Positions 10,637 through 22,270 of a stretch of 64,000 bases of DNA are shown here, piece by piece. The DNA is from Octopus vulgaris (lineage: Eukaryota): positions 59,892,001 to 59,956,000 of the forward strand of contig OX597833.1 in NCBI GenBank assembly GCA_951406725.2, in the 5' to 3' direction. Position 1 is the first letter of the stretch. Every line of letters begins with the position of its first letter. The notes below the pieces were generated by a model, which did no database searches, was not told the origin of the DNA, and saw only the letters and a program-made list of their open reading frames with translations. A program made the position numbers and the translations under genes.

Positions 10637-11570
10637 AGGTAGTGAGCTGGCAGAATCATTAGCACGCTGGGCGAAATGCTTAGTGATATTTCGTCTGCCA
10701 CTATGTTCTGAGTTCAAATTCCGTTGAGGTCGACTTTGTCTTTCATCCTTTTGAAGTTAATGAAATAAGTACCAGTCATGCACTGGAGTCGGTGTAATCG
10801 ACTAGCCCCACCCACCAAATTTTCAAGGCCTCAGGCCTAGAGTAAGAATAATTATTATTATGATAGAAAGGATTGGCAGAGTTGTTAGCATGTTGGTCGA
10901 AATGCTTAGTGTGGCATTTCTTCTGGCCTTTACATTCTGAGTTCAAATTCCGTTGAAGTCAACCTTACCTTTCCATTCTTTCAGGGCCCGATAAAATAAG
11001 TACCAGTGGAGCACTGGGGTCAATGTATTCAACTATCCTCCTCCCACAAATTTCTACAGTAATAAGGGATTATTATTATTATTATTATTATTATTATTGT
11101 TATTATTATTAATAATAATACTAATAATTAGGTGAGCTGGCAGAATCATTAGCACACTGGACAAAGTGCTTTGTTTTTGTTTTTGTTTTTTGTTTTTCCA
11201 GTTTCAGCTCTTGAGCTGTGGCCATGCTGGGGCACCGCCATTGTGGTGAAAGAGTACAGCAGGGATCACCACCCCCTGCCGGAGCCTCGTAGAGCTTTTT
11301 TAGGTGTTTTCGCTCAATAAACACACACAACGCCCGGTCTGAGAATCGAAACCGCGATCCTGCGACCGCGAGTCCGCTGCCCTAACCACTAGGCCATTGC
11401 GCTTTGTGACATTTTTTTAGACTTTACATTCTGAGTTCAAATTCCACTGAGGTTGACTTTACCTTTTATCCTTTCGGGGTCAAAAAAAATAAGTCCCAGT
11501 CTAGTGCTGGAGTTGATGTTTTTGACTTGCTCCTCTCACCAAATTTCAGACCTAGTGCTTATAATACAAA
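10637..11570 (+). mobile_element. Cluster of older family B SINEs separated by (ATT)n; third copy interrupted by a family C fragment (11241-11402, minus strand)
   Basis: Heads near 10637, 10873 and 11131, each with ttctgagttcaaattcc. Confidence 0.8.
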
Positions 11571-11572
11571 CA

Positions 11573-11603
<31 letters not shown>

Positions 11604-12723
11604 TTATTATTGATATATTTTATAAGATAAATATCCCAAAACACATAAAACAAAAAGAAAAAAAGTTTCCATAATTGAGTTAAAGAGTGTGATTATAGTA
11701 AATTGAGTCAGGATGCTGTCTCCCCTTGGTACCCCTGTTCTCTTCACCCCTACCGCAGCCCCCCAGTAGAATTAGCTATATTTAGGAAGCAGCAGCAATT
11801 TCTGGGGGTGGTGGTACTGTCTTTCTGACTACTACAGCTGCTACTGATGATCATGATGATCGTGATGATGCTGTTGGTGTTGTTGTCATACTTCTTCCCC
11901 TCTTTCTCTTTGTCTTCTCTCACCACCGCCCTTATCCTGCGGCTGCTGCTGCTGCTACTATTTCTACAATACCCTTTCTCCCCCACTCCTTGCTGCTAGT
12001 CTATTACTGACATTATGGTAGACAACAGCCTTCATCTAACTGCTCCTCCTCTGCATTCTCACTCCTATGGACAAATAATAGACTTTACAGATCACACAAA
12101 TCAGGTATATTTTTCTCTATCCTCTCTCTATCCTCCTCTCTCTCCCTGTGTGTCGTCACACCTCATCTCCCTGACTTTCATTGCCTCAGCTATAAAAGAT
12201 CTCCTTTCTTGCTGTTTGGTCCCCCACTTGGTCAAGTCAGCTAATAATAATCGAAGGGTATGGCATACCAGTCACGACCATCCCGTCTTATTTACAGGCA
12301 TGCCACACGAGACTACAATGTCGGCCGACCCGCCCGCGTGATATGAGGGTGATTTGACTAGTCCTTCTAGCAGCTCGCCGCCGGATCGTGTAGATTGTCT
12401 CGTTGGATCTCCGTTGTTATGTGTTATCATTGTTGTTGTCAGTTCTAACCCCGCCCCTTGTCCCATTAGATACAACCAGGACATAGCATGCTTTTAAACT
12501 ATAAAAACTTCTCACAAAATATACTTTTGCTGTTGTTGTTTTGTATTCTGCCACCCCTATTTCTAGACTTAATGTTCCAATATCGTGTAGCTAGCTATAA
12601 CCCTTTTAATCAAGTTGATGACGATGATGATGATGATGTTGATGTTATTTTTGTATAACTTTTGTAAATAATGTTTATCATTCTTTCCTTTTATTCATTG
12701 TGTGTGTGTGTGTGTAGGTATGA

Positions 12724-13137
12724 TGACGAGCTGGCAGAATCGTTAGCACGTCGGGCGAAATGCTTAGCGGTATTTTGTCTGCCGTTACGTTGTGGGTTCA
12801 AATTCCGCCGAGGTCGACTTTGCCTTTCATCCTTTCGGGGGTCGGTAAATTAAGTACCAGTTACGCACTGGGGAGTCGATGTAATCGACTTAATACCTAT
12901 GTCTGTCCTAGTTTGTGCCTTCTATGTTTAGCCCCTTGTGGGTAATAAAGAAATAGGTATTTCGTCTGCCGTTACGTTGTGGGTTCAAATTCCGCCGAGG
13001 TCGACTTTGCCTTTCATCCTTTCGGGGTCGGTAAATTAAGTACCAGTTACGCACTGGGGTCGATGTAATCGACTTAATACCTATGTCTGTCCTTGTTTGT
13101 CCCTTCTATGTTTGGCCCCTTGTGGGTAATAAAGAAA
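12724..13137 (+). mobile_element. Family B SINE dimer
   Basis: Second monomer starts at ggtatttcgtctgccgttacg (12956); TSD TAGGTATGA (12715-12723, 13138-13146) flanks both monomers. Confidence 0.88.
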
Positions 13138-13557
13138 TAGGTATGAGTCTATGTGTGAATGTATAACTGTTTATATAGGTATGTTTCGTGTGTGTGTGTG
13201 TATAGGTATGAATGTTTGTATGTCTGCAGGAATGTTTGTAAATATTTTTGTTATTGTCCAAAACAAGATGCAGAGCAAAATAATTAATAATTAATAATAA
13301 TAAACCACCAATACAGCAACAACAACAACACTAGTGATAATAATGGTGATGGATTTTTTTTCTTTATTGTTACTGCCAACACCCATCCGTTTGTGCATTT
13401 AATATATATATATATACACAGTGTTTGTATGTGTGGATATAAACAAAAAGTTAAACTAAAATGAGGAGTGGGACTCAGACACATTTTACATCTTGGCAAC
13501 ATTTTAAAACGGTTTTTTAAGCTTTCGTAAAAATCAGCAAAAAATTATTTATATGTG

Positions 13558-13595
<38 letters not shown>

Positions 13596-13598
<3 letters not shown>

Positions 13599-13814
13599 TC
13601 TTTTACTCTTTTACTTGTTTCAGTCATTTTGACTGCGGCCATGCTGGAGCACCGCCTTTAGTCGAGCAAATCGACCCCGGGACTTATTCTTTTTTAAGCC
13701 CGGTACTTATTTTATCGGTCTCTTTTGCCGAACCGCTAAGTTATGGGGACGTAAACACACCAGCATCAATTGTCAAGCAATGCTAGGGGGACAAACACAC
13801 ACACATACACACAT

Positions 13815-13873
<59 letters not shown>

Positions 13874-14078
13874 TATTAGAGACAAAACCACTATTTTGCA
13901 AAACAAACAAGGAAAGACTTAATCAATACATTATGTATTGATTAAGTCTTTCCTTGTTTGTTTTGCAAAATAGTGGTTTTGTCTCTAATAATATTTTATA
14001 ATATTTTACTATAAAATTGGATTTAATCCTAAATCTGATTTTTTCCCTGTAAATTTGGATTTATTCCCTAATATTTAT

Positions 14079-14115
<37 letters not shown>

Positions 14116-14269
14116 TACGACGGGCTTCTTTCAGTTTCCGTCTACCAAATCCACTCACAAGGCATTGGTCGGCCCGGGGCTATAGCAGAAGACACTTGCC
14201 CAAGATGCCACGCAGTGGGACTGAACCCGGAACCATGTGGTTGGTTAGCAAGCTACTTACCACACAGCC
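13596..14269 (-). mobile_element. Family A SINE with a fold-back insertion in its (TA)n
   Basis: Tail half 13596-13800 and head half 14110-14269. Confidence 0.88.
13864..14000. repeat. Perfect palindrome with 68-bp arms and a 1-nt spacer
   Basis: tataaaatattattagagac...caatacat-t-atgtattg...gtctctaataatattttata. Confidence 0.95.
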
Positions 14270-14496
14270 AATATTTAATATAATTTAAGAAAACAATAAA
14301 AGTCACCCATGCCCAGATGCAGGTGAAAGCACATGAGTTAGGTTAGGTAGGACCAACTCAATATTCTGCCTGTCTCTTGTTGTATTGTAATGTGGTGCAG
14401 CCAGAGGCCCCTGTGACCATGTGACACAATGTCCTACCATTTCAATACTTCTGAAATTCAGACACTAATGCCTCCTTCCCCAGCATATATATACCT

Positions 14497-14925
14497 ATTT
14501 CTTTATTACCCACAAGGGGCTAATCATAGAAGGGACAAACAAGGACAGACATAAGTATTAAGTCGATTACATCGACCCCAGTGCGTAACTGGTACTTAAT
14601 TTATCGACCCCGAAAGGATGAAAGGCAAAGTCGTCCTCGGCGGAATTTGAACTCAGAACGTAGCGGCAGACGAAATTCTGCTGAGCATTTCGCCCGGCGT
14701 GCTAACGTTTCTGCCAGATCCAGCATATACATACCTTTCTACTATAGGCACAAGGCTTGAAATTTTGGGGGAAGGGTGCTAGTCAGTTTACGTCAACCCC
14801 AGCGCTAAACTGGTACTTACTTTATGAACCCCGAAAGGATAAAAGGCAGTGTCAGCCTTGGCAGAATTTGAACTCAGGACATAAAGTCTGCTTAGCATTT
14901 TGCCTGGCACAGTAACAATTCTCCC
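14497..14925 (-). mobile_element. Young family B SINE (14497-14718) next to an older B copy (14737-14925)
   Basis: 17-bp TSD CCAGCATATA(T/C)ATACCT at 14480-14496 and 14720-14736. Confidence 0.85.
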
Positions 14926-15303
14926 CCAATATATTATTACCATCATTTATACACACCAAAAAGGCCAAGTTTGCTCCTCCTGGGGATATTCAGGACTGTG
15001 AACCTCATATTGTCCCATGCACTTTTTTGGGGAGGGCTAATTTTTGTTTGTTTCTACTTGACTTCAAAGTTTGATATTCCTGTTCTAGCCTCCATTTGCC
15101 CCCCCTCCCATAATGAGTATCTATTTGACTAATTACTCATTGTGTGTTGGCAGTGAATATTTTGTAGTTAAGATTTGTATCTCATCGTGAAATTGTTCCA
15201 CTTTAGGTTGAATAGTGAGTAGTGTTGTTTTATATATATATATATATACAAATTGAGATAGGGGTTGTAAGTGCAACCCTCCAGTTTTTCCATTTTCTTA
15301 TTT

Positions 15304-15340
<37 letters not shown>

Positions 15341-15373
15341 GAAAAAATATTTTAAATAGATAATAATAAAGAT

Positions 15374-15578
15374 ATGACCGCGTGTGTACCGTTGGTGATT
15401 TTTTTCCTCTGTCTTCCCTTCTCTGGATCTTTCCTTCTCCTATGTTTCCGACGAAGAGCTCTGCTCGAAACGTTAAACCCTCCTTCTTCCCTTCCTTGCT
15501 GAGTGTCCAATAATACTATATTTGTTCCACATCCTCGCGTTGTTGTGTTTTCTCTTTGTGTTTTCATGTTTGGATTAA

Positions 15579-15580
<2 letters not shown>
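15374..15580 (+). mobile_element. About 205-bp (TA)n-embedded repeat (family H), PLE pseudo-LTR-like
   Basis: Three near-identical copies (15374, 35663, 49833), each carrying a hammerhead-like motif. Confidence 0.7.
15444..15478 (+). ncRNA. Minimal type I hammerhead ribozyme-like motif (U4C variant)
   Basis: GUUU-CCGACGA-A-GAGC(ucu)GCUC-GAA-ACGU-U-AAAC: stem I, core, stem II, palindromic stem III. Confidence 0.6.
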
Positions 15581-15621
<41 letters not shown>

Positions 15622-15624
<3 letters not shown>

Positions 15625-15835
15625 TCACCATTTAGCATCCATTTTCCATGCTGGCATGGGTAAGATAGTTTCACTGGGGCTGGTAAGCCAGAGAGCTGCA
15701 CCAGGCTCCAGTTTGTTTTGACTTGGTTTGTACAGTGGAATGTCCTTCCTCATGCCAACCACTCCGCAGAGTGTACTGGATGCCTTTTACGTGTTACCAA
15801 TACAGGTACTTTTTATGTGTTCCTGGCACTGGCCA
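15622..15835 (-). mobile_element. Old family D copy
   Basis: catttagcatccattttccatgctggcatggg...gctgcaccaggctccagt. Confidence 0.7.
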
Positions 15836-15837
15836 AG

Positions 15838-15870
<33 letters not shown>

Positions 15871-16154
15871 ATGATTATGAATTAGAGCTAATTTCAAAAT
15901 TATTGAAATTAGTTGAGAATTTTCAGTTGACATTCATCCAAGAATAATAAAACTTAGATCCAAACCATGTTTTCTGACAAATTAATGAAAAAAATATTTA
16001 AATTCATAATTAAGATATTTCCTCTCTATTTTCTGACGAAGTTGTATCAGTGTCTCTCAAAATTATAATGATGCCCTTCACAGTAGCAGCTTCTCAAATG
16101 AAATGCAATATACACGTCAAAGTTTCCAAAAGCATAAGATTGGATCTAGAAATA

Positions 16155-16522
16155 GGCGTAGGAGTGGCTGTGTGGTAAGTAGCTTGCTTACCAGCCACAT
16201 GGTTCCGGGTTCAGTCCCACTGTGTAGCACCTTGGGTAAGTGTCTTTTACTATAGCCTCGGGACGACCAAAGCCTTGTGAGTGAATTTGGTAGACGGAAA
16301 CTGAAAGAAGCCCGTCATATATATGTGTGTGTATGTGTTTTGCTTGACAACCGATGCTGGTGTGTTTACCTCCCCGTAACTTTGCAGTTCGGCAAAAGAG
16401 ACCGATAGAATAAGTACTAGGCTTACAAAGAATACATCCTGGGGTCGATTTGCTCGACTAAAGGTGTTGCTCCAACATGGCCACAGTCAAATGACTGAAA
16501 CAAGTAAAAGAGTAAAAGAGTA
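16155..16522 (+). mobile_element. Family A SINE inserted in the PLE fossil
   Basis: Full head and tail; AAATA duplication; removing it restores the frame SRN-ISWYN. Confidence 0.9.
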
Positions 16523-16857
16523 AAATATTTCTTGGTATAATCTAACTGAATTTAAATTTTTATCGTTTTCTGATGACCCATAAAATCAGATCTTTAGCAG
16601 AAGTTCAATTGAAGTTCTTGTTGCAATTTCATTTGCTTAATTAATCATTTAAATTGACTTTTCAATGTCAATTATATTGTCTCTTCTCTTACCTGTAGTT
16701 GTATTGATCGAAACAATTGCCCTTTCAACAGTAATTGTTTTTCAAAAGCATTAGTTTATTGTGCTAAAGTAAAACCAGATAATAGCAGCGTATTCATCTC
16801 TTGCTTTGAGATTCACTGAAATAAAGGTTTTAACAGCATACTCATTCTTTCAAGCAT

Positions 16858-17533
16858 CTTTTATCTTTTTACTTGTTTTGATCATGCTGGGGCACTGCTT
16901 TGAAAAGTTTAGTCAAGCAAATCAACCTCGGTATTTTTTTTAACACCTGGTTCTTATTCTGTTGTTTTCATTTGCCAAATCACTAACAGGGTGTAAAAAA
17001 AAAAAATCAACACCAGTTGTTCTGGGAGGGGTGGGAGGGGGACAAACACACACATACACACACACATACATACACATACATACATACATACATACATACA
17101 TGTGTGTGTGTGTATGTGGAAGCACAATGGCCCAGTGGTTAGGGTAGTGGACTCGCTGTCATAGGATCGCGGTTTCAATTCCCAGACCGGGCGTTGTGAG
17201 TGTTTATTGAGTGAAAACACCTAAAGCTCCACTAGGCTCCAGCAGGGAGTGATGGCGATCCCTTCTGTACCCTTTCGCCGCAACTTTCTCTCACTCTTTC
17301 TTCTGTTGGCCTGCTCGCTTAGCCAGTGGGGTGGCGCATTGTGACCAGTGATGTGTAGCAACATTTGATAGCCTGGTCAGTCACATGATCACGTGATATA
17401 TATATATATACACATACACACACACTCAAATTATGGGTTTCTTTCAGTTTCCACCTACCAAATCCACTCCCAAGGCTTTGGTCAGCTAGAGGCTATAGTA
17501 GAAGATATTTCTCCAAGATGCCACGCCTGCACC
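16858..17533 (-). mobile_element. Old family A SINE with a nested family C-headed variant (17118-17397, plus strand)
   Basis: Tail at 16858-17050, head at 17435-17533; the nested copy has a tggcccagtgg/ggtttcaattcc head. Confidence 0.75.
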
Positions 17534-17947
17534 TAGTTGATATAATTTCAACAAGTTTGTCTCAGTACATTTAGTTTTTGAATGAATCTAGTTCCATTAT
17601 GTTTAAAATAAATTGGTTTATTGTAGAACAGGCTTCACCCTATGTGAACAGGTTTTTCTGCATGAATCTACCTCGTAAAAATTGTCCTTCAGTGAGAAGT
17701 TCTTCATTTTATTTCAAGGTTTGCAGACATTCAATGAAATAGCTGATTGGCCAGCTTCCTGCTAATATCACCTTTAGCATTTAGCATTTAAAGTGGCTAC
17801 CTCTAGCTCAAATATCTTACCTGGTTTATGTTCAAACCAACCAGACTTGGCCTCTTACACCTGCCCTAGAATATCAATCTAAAAATAAACAGTCACATCA
17901 TTGAAATCTTGAAGCCATGAAATAATACACGATTAATTTGAAACATT

Positions 17948-18343
17948 GGTGCAGGAGTGGTTGTGTGGTAAGTAGCTTGTTTACCAACCACATGGTTCCG
18001 GGTTCAGTCCCACTGCGTGGTACCTTGGGCTACTATAGCCCCGGGCCGACCAAAGCCTTGTGAGTGGATTTGGTAGACGGAAACTGAAAGAAGCCCGTCG
18101 TATATATGTATATATGTATGTGTGTGTGTTTGTGTGTCTGTGTTTGTTCCCCTAGTATTGCTTGACAACCGATGCTGGAGTGTTTACTTCCCCATAACTT
18201 AGCGGTTCGGCAAAAAAAGACCGATAGAATAAGTACTAGGCTTAAAAAGAATAAGTCCTGGGATCGATTTGCTCGACTAAAGGCGATGCTCCAGCATGGC
18301 CACAGCCAAATGACTGAAACAAGTAAAAGAGAGAGTAAAGAGA
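17948..18343 (+). mobile_element. Family A SINE, full length
   Basis: Head-to-tail match with family A. Confidence 0.9.
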
Positions 18344-19407
18344 GTTCCTAATAATATCTGATTATAAAAATATAATAATAGGATTTTTTAATCATCAAAT
18401 GTTTATTAGGGGCCAACAGAGTAAAGTAGGCGGGTCCATAGACAAAAACATTATTGAGAACAAACACACACACACAAATTGTAAAGTCTGTAGAGATTCC
18501 TAAAGAATGTTCCTAAAGAATGTGATTTTGCATTGTCTAAATAGTTTTAAAATATCAGTCAACCCCTCTTTGTCTTTCCTCTGATATTTCTGGTTTACTC
18601 TCCCCTAGTGTATGACTGGCATTCAGTTTGTTGACCCCAGAAGAACCGTAGCCAAATACAAACATGAGGGTCATTCCACCCCTAAATGTAATATGACGTA
18701 ATGAAATACTGCAAACTATGTCTGGTGTTCTAGACCCCTATCATTTGTACCATTCCACCATGACAATAGTGGAGGCAGTGGTTGTGGTCATGCTGGTTGT
18801 CTCTCCCCTTGCCTCAATCAAGTTGACCTATGTATGATCAAGGGCATTCCAGCCATGACCAACCCATCTTTCTTTGTGACATAGTGTAATCTAGGACAAC
18901 TTTATCCAATGTGTCCTCCCTTTTTAAAGATTGTAGTGTATAATTTCGGAGATTTTAGTTGCTATTTCTAGCGAGTTCCTTCATTAACTTATCTGTATGT
19001 CAGTAGTTTCTGAAGTGGTGGCCAGAGTAGGTCCTGATGAGGCAGACTTGGTAATATCTGTTCTTTTTCCTTCATCTGTTACTAATTTTTGGGGCTGTTT
19101 GTGGCAGGATGGGTTGGGGATGGAATTGAGAAGGGGGCATGGTGGTCTGGGTATTTGTTGTTGGTTCTGCCCCCAATGGCAGCAGACACTTGTCAAGTTT
19201 AGAGCTTTGCTGTTACATAGAAACTTCAATATTTTCACTTCTAACAACCCAATACACAGCTTTGTTTTTTTCATTTCCTTTGACACCTCTCCCCCCCCTC
19301 TTTATCTAGTTAAAATGGTGAATCATTTCTCTGAAACACAAACACACAGGTACCATACTACACGCACAAACAGAAAACACAGATTCCACACTACACATGC
19401 AAAGTTC

Positions 19408-19486
19408 GGGCAAGTGTCTTCTACTATAGCCTCGGGCTGACCAAAGCCTTGTAAGTGGATTTGGTTGATGGAAACTGAAAGAAGCC

Positions 19487-19546
<60 letters not shown>

Positions 19547-19651
19547 GTGTGTCTGTGTTTGTCCCACCCCCCCAACATCGCTTGACAACCGATGCTGGTG
19601 TGTTTATGTCCCTGTAAAAGAGACTGATAGAATAAGTACTAGGCTTACAAA
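19408..19651 (+). mobile_element. Family A SINE internal fragment
   Basis: gggcaagtgtcttctactatagcc...aataagtactaggcttacaaa. Confidence 0.85.
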
Positions 19652-19784
19652 AATGGTTGTCCATCAAATTCCACGATGTCCATCTTCACCTTCATGTCTT
19701 GTTTGATGGTCATCATACTTTCCTCAATTAAAGTGGTCTTACACTACTCTGGTTTACCATCTCTAACATTTCTGCCTCCCTTAT

Positions 19785-20320
19785 AACCACAGGTGACTCT
19801 ACACTGGCTTCATCTGTGTCCACTACACTATGGTGACAGGTGTCCCTATGTTGGGTTCGTAAGTGTCTCCTACAGTGACCGGTGACCCTACACTGGGTTT
19901 GCCCTCTACACAATGACAGCTAGTAACCCTGCTGGATTCAGAATTGTCCCCTACAGTATGATGGCAGATGACCCTGCACTGGGTTTATCAGTGCCCTTTA
20001 TACTGTGGCAACAAGTAGTCCTACACTGGGTTTATCTGTGTCCGCTACACTAAGGTGACAGGTATCCCTATGTTGGGTTCGTGTCTCCTACAGTGACAGG
20101 TGACCCTACACTGGGTTTGCCCTCTACACAATGACAGCTAATAACCCTGCTGGATTCAGAATTGTCCCCTACAGTATGATGACAGTTGACCCTACACTGG
20201 GTTTATCTGTGTCCTTTACACTGTGGCAACAGGTAGCCAGCCCTATGCTGGGTTTATGAGTGTTCCCTACAATATGGTGACAGGTGCCCCTACACTAACT
20301 GGGTTTATCTATCTGTGTCT
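19785..20320. repeat. Degenerate minisatellite of about 35-43 bp with an approximately 218-bp higher-order duplication
   Basis: Monomer gtgacaggtgaccctacactgggttt...; aattgtcccctacagtatgatg recurs at 19942 and 20160. Confidence 0.85.
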
Positions 20321-20899
20321 CGTACCTTGGGATTTTCAGTTCAGGGTTTTAAAGCCATGCCTCTGTCACATCAACGTACACATGGGGAGGCAGGGGTAAA
20401 TATTAGCTTAGCATAGGAAAATAAAACATTTCTCACAGCCCAGTGTGGTGGGGGTGGTGGTGGTGGGGGGAGTGAGGGGGGGAGAGCAAAAGCAGGCCAC
20501 TCGAGAGATCTGTCAAGTCATTCCTGTCACCAATTCAATGTAACTTCAGGAATGTTTGGTTCATTTTAGAATTCCTGTTTCCAACATTGCTGAAGTGGTT
20601 GTTTGGTGGTGGTGGTGGTGGTGGTGGTGGTGGCGGCAGTGGTAGCGGCAGTTGTGCTAGTGCAGTTGTGCCAGCACGGTGTCTTGGTGATAGTGTAGTA
20701 TGGTGTGGTTGTGGTGACAGTGGGTTGTAGTTGTGTAGATATTTCTGTAGTTGTGGTAGTAGTAGTAGTGGTAATAGTAACAGAGGTACAGGTGGTAGTG
20801 GTACTAGACACTTGATTTTCTCTTCCCTCTACTTCCTTCTCTTCACTCGCCCCCACGATTATATCTTATTGAATGAATACTATATGCCATGCCAACACA

Positions 20900-21297
20900 A
20901 TTACCATCACCACCATCACCATATTACACAACTCACCACCACTGCCACTATCATCTGGCAGATCATTTGTGCCATTGCCACCACCACCACCATCACCACC
21001 ACCACCACCCACCACCACCACCACACCACCACCACAACCATCACTACAACCACCACCACCACTACAACCATCACTACAACCACCACCACCACTACAACCA
21101 TCACCACCACCACCACCACTACAACCATCACTACAACCACCACCACCACTACAACCATCACCACCACCACCACAACCATCACTACAACCACCACCACCAC
21201 CACTACACCACCACCACCACCACCACCACTACAACCACCACCACCACTACAACCACCACCACTACTACTACAACCATCATCACCACCACCACCACCT
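20900..21297. repeat. (CAC/CCA)-rich compound trinucleotide repeat
   Basis: Directly visible; explains the poly-T, poly-P and poly-H ORFs. Confidence 0.95.
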
Positions 21298-21863
21298 GGC
21301 CCTTACAGCTGTTATTGTGTTAACTCCTTCAACTTGACTAATCCCTCATGTTAAGGTCACCCCCCCTCCCCGCCAGTCAGCCGGTTGGAATCCTACCTGA
21401 TTGTTTCAATCGATCTCATTAAACAAGACATCATTCATGTAAAGGAGAGTGAAGAGGGAGGTGACGTAAGTGGAGTGGTAGTGGTGGTGGTGGCTGTTGT
21501 AGTATGTGGTGTGTTTAGAACTCGCTCCTTCAATCTACCAGTCTACTCTTGAATCTGATCCCACTTCATTCAGTAACTCTAATGATAGCTTCTAGAATGA
21601 GATCAACATCACAACATCTCTCTACTTCTTCTGAGAGACCCTGAAACAGAACCAGGAGGGAATTCCTACAGAAATAATAAATTCACTTGGCTCTATTTCC
21701 ATTTAACACACGCACACACACACATGCATACACTTTCTCTCTTTCTGTCTCTCTCTGCCATTATAATATCCATGGCAAAAGCATGAACATCACAGCATAG
21801 ACATCTTTGAACGCCTCACTGTATTATTATTATCATTATTATTATTATTATTATCCCAAGTTG

Positions 21864-22270
21864 GTGAGCTGGCAGAAACGTTAGCACGCCGGGCGAAATG
21901 CATAGCCATATTTCGTCCGCCGTTACGTTCTGAGTTCAAACTCCACCGAGGTCGACTTTGCCTTTCATCCTTTCGGGGTCGATAAATTAAGTACTAGTTA
22001 TGCACTGGGGTCGATCTAATCGACTGCCCCCCCCCCCCTAAATATCGAGCCTTGTGCCTAGAGTAGGAAAGAAACGTTTGCACGCCGGGTGAAATCCTTA
22101 GCTGTATTTCGTCTGTCTTTACGTTCTGAGTTCAAACTCTGCCGAGGTCGACTTTGCCGTTCATCCTTTCGGGGTCGATAAAATAAGTACCAATTGTACA
22201 CTAGGATCGATCTAATCGACTGGCGCCCCCCTCACCCCAAATTTCGGGCCTTGTGCCTAGAGTAGAAAAT
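21864..22270 (+). mobile_element. Family B SINE dimer with alternative tail
   Basis: Second monomer starts at gaaacgtttgcacgccggg (22071); 12-bp TSD TATCCCAAGTTG (21852-21863, 22281-22292). Confidence 0.88.

Larger units (their letters stand above)
15880..17750 (+). mobile_element. Decayed Penelope-like retroelement (RT thumb plus GIY-YIG endonuclease, Naiad-like), split by SINEs
   Basis: NYNDALHSSSF..MQY..GSRN|ISWYN; CSCIDRNNCPFNSNCFSKALVYCAKV; RF*QHTHSFKH; TSLSQYI*FL..INWFIVEQASPY..SEKFFIL, all in the expected order. Confidence 0.75.

Noticed and set aside
12215-12232. tttggtcccc, resembling the start of miR-133
   Set aside because: The match ends after 10 nt and there is no hairpin
12270-12480. 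CpG-rich stretch after a ttatttacag acceptor-like site
   Set aside because: All three plus-strand frames close quickly, no good donor, no recognisable peptide
20731-21354. His-, Pro- or Thr-rich protein ORFs
   Set aside because: Open in all frames because of a trinucleotide repeat; no splice or homology support
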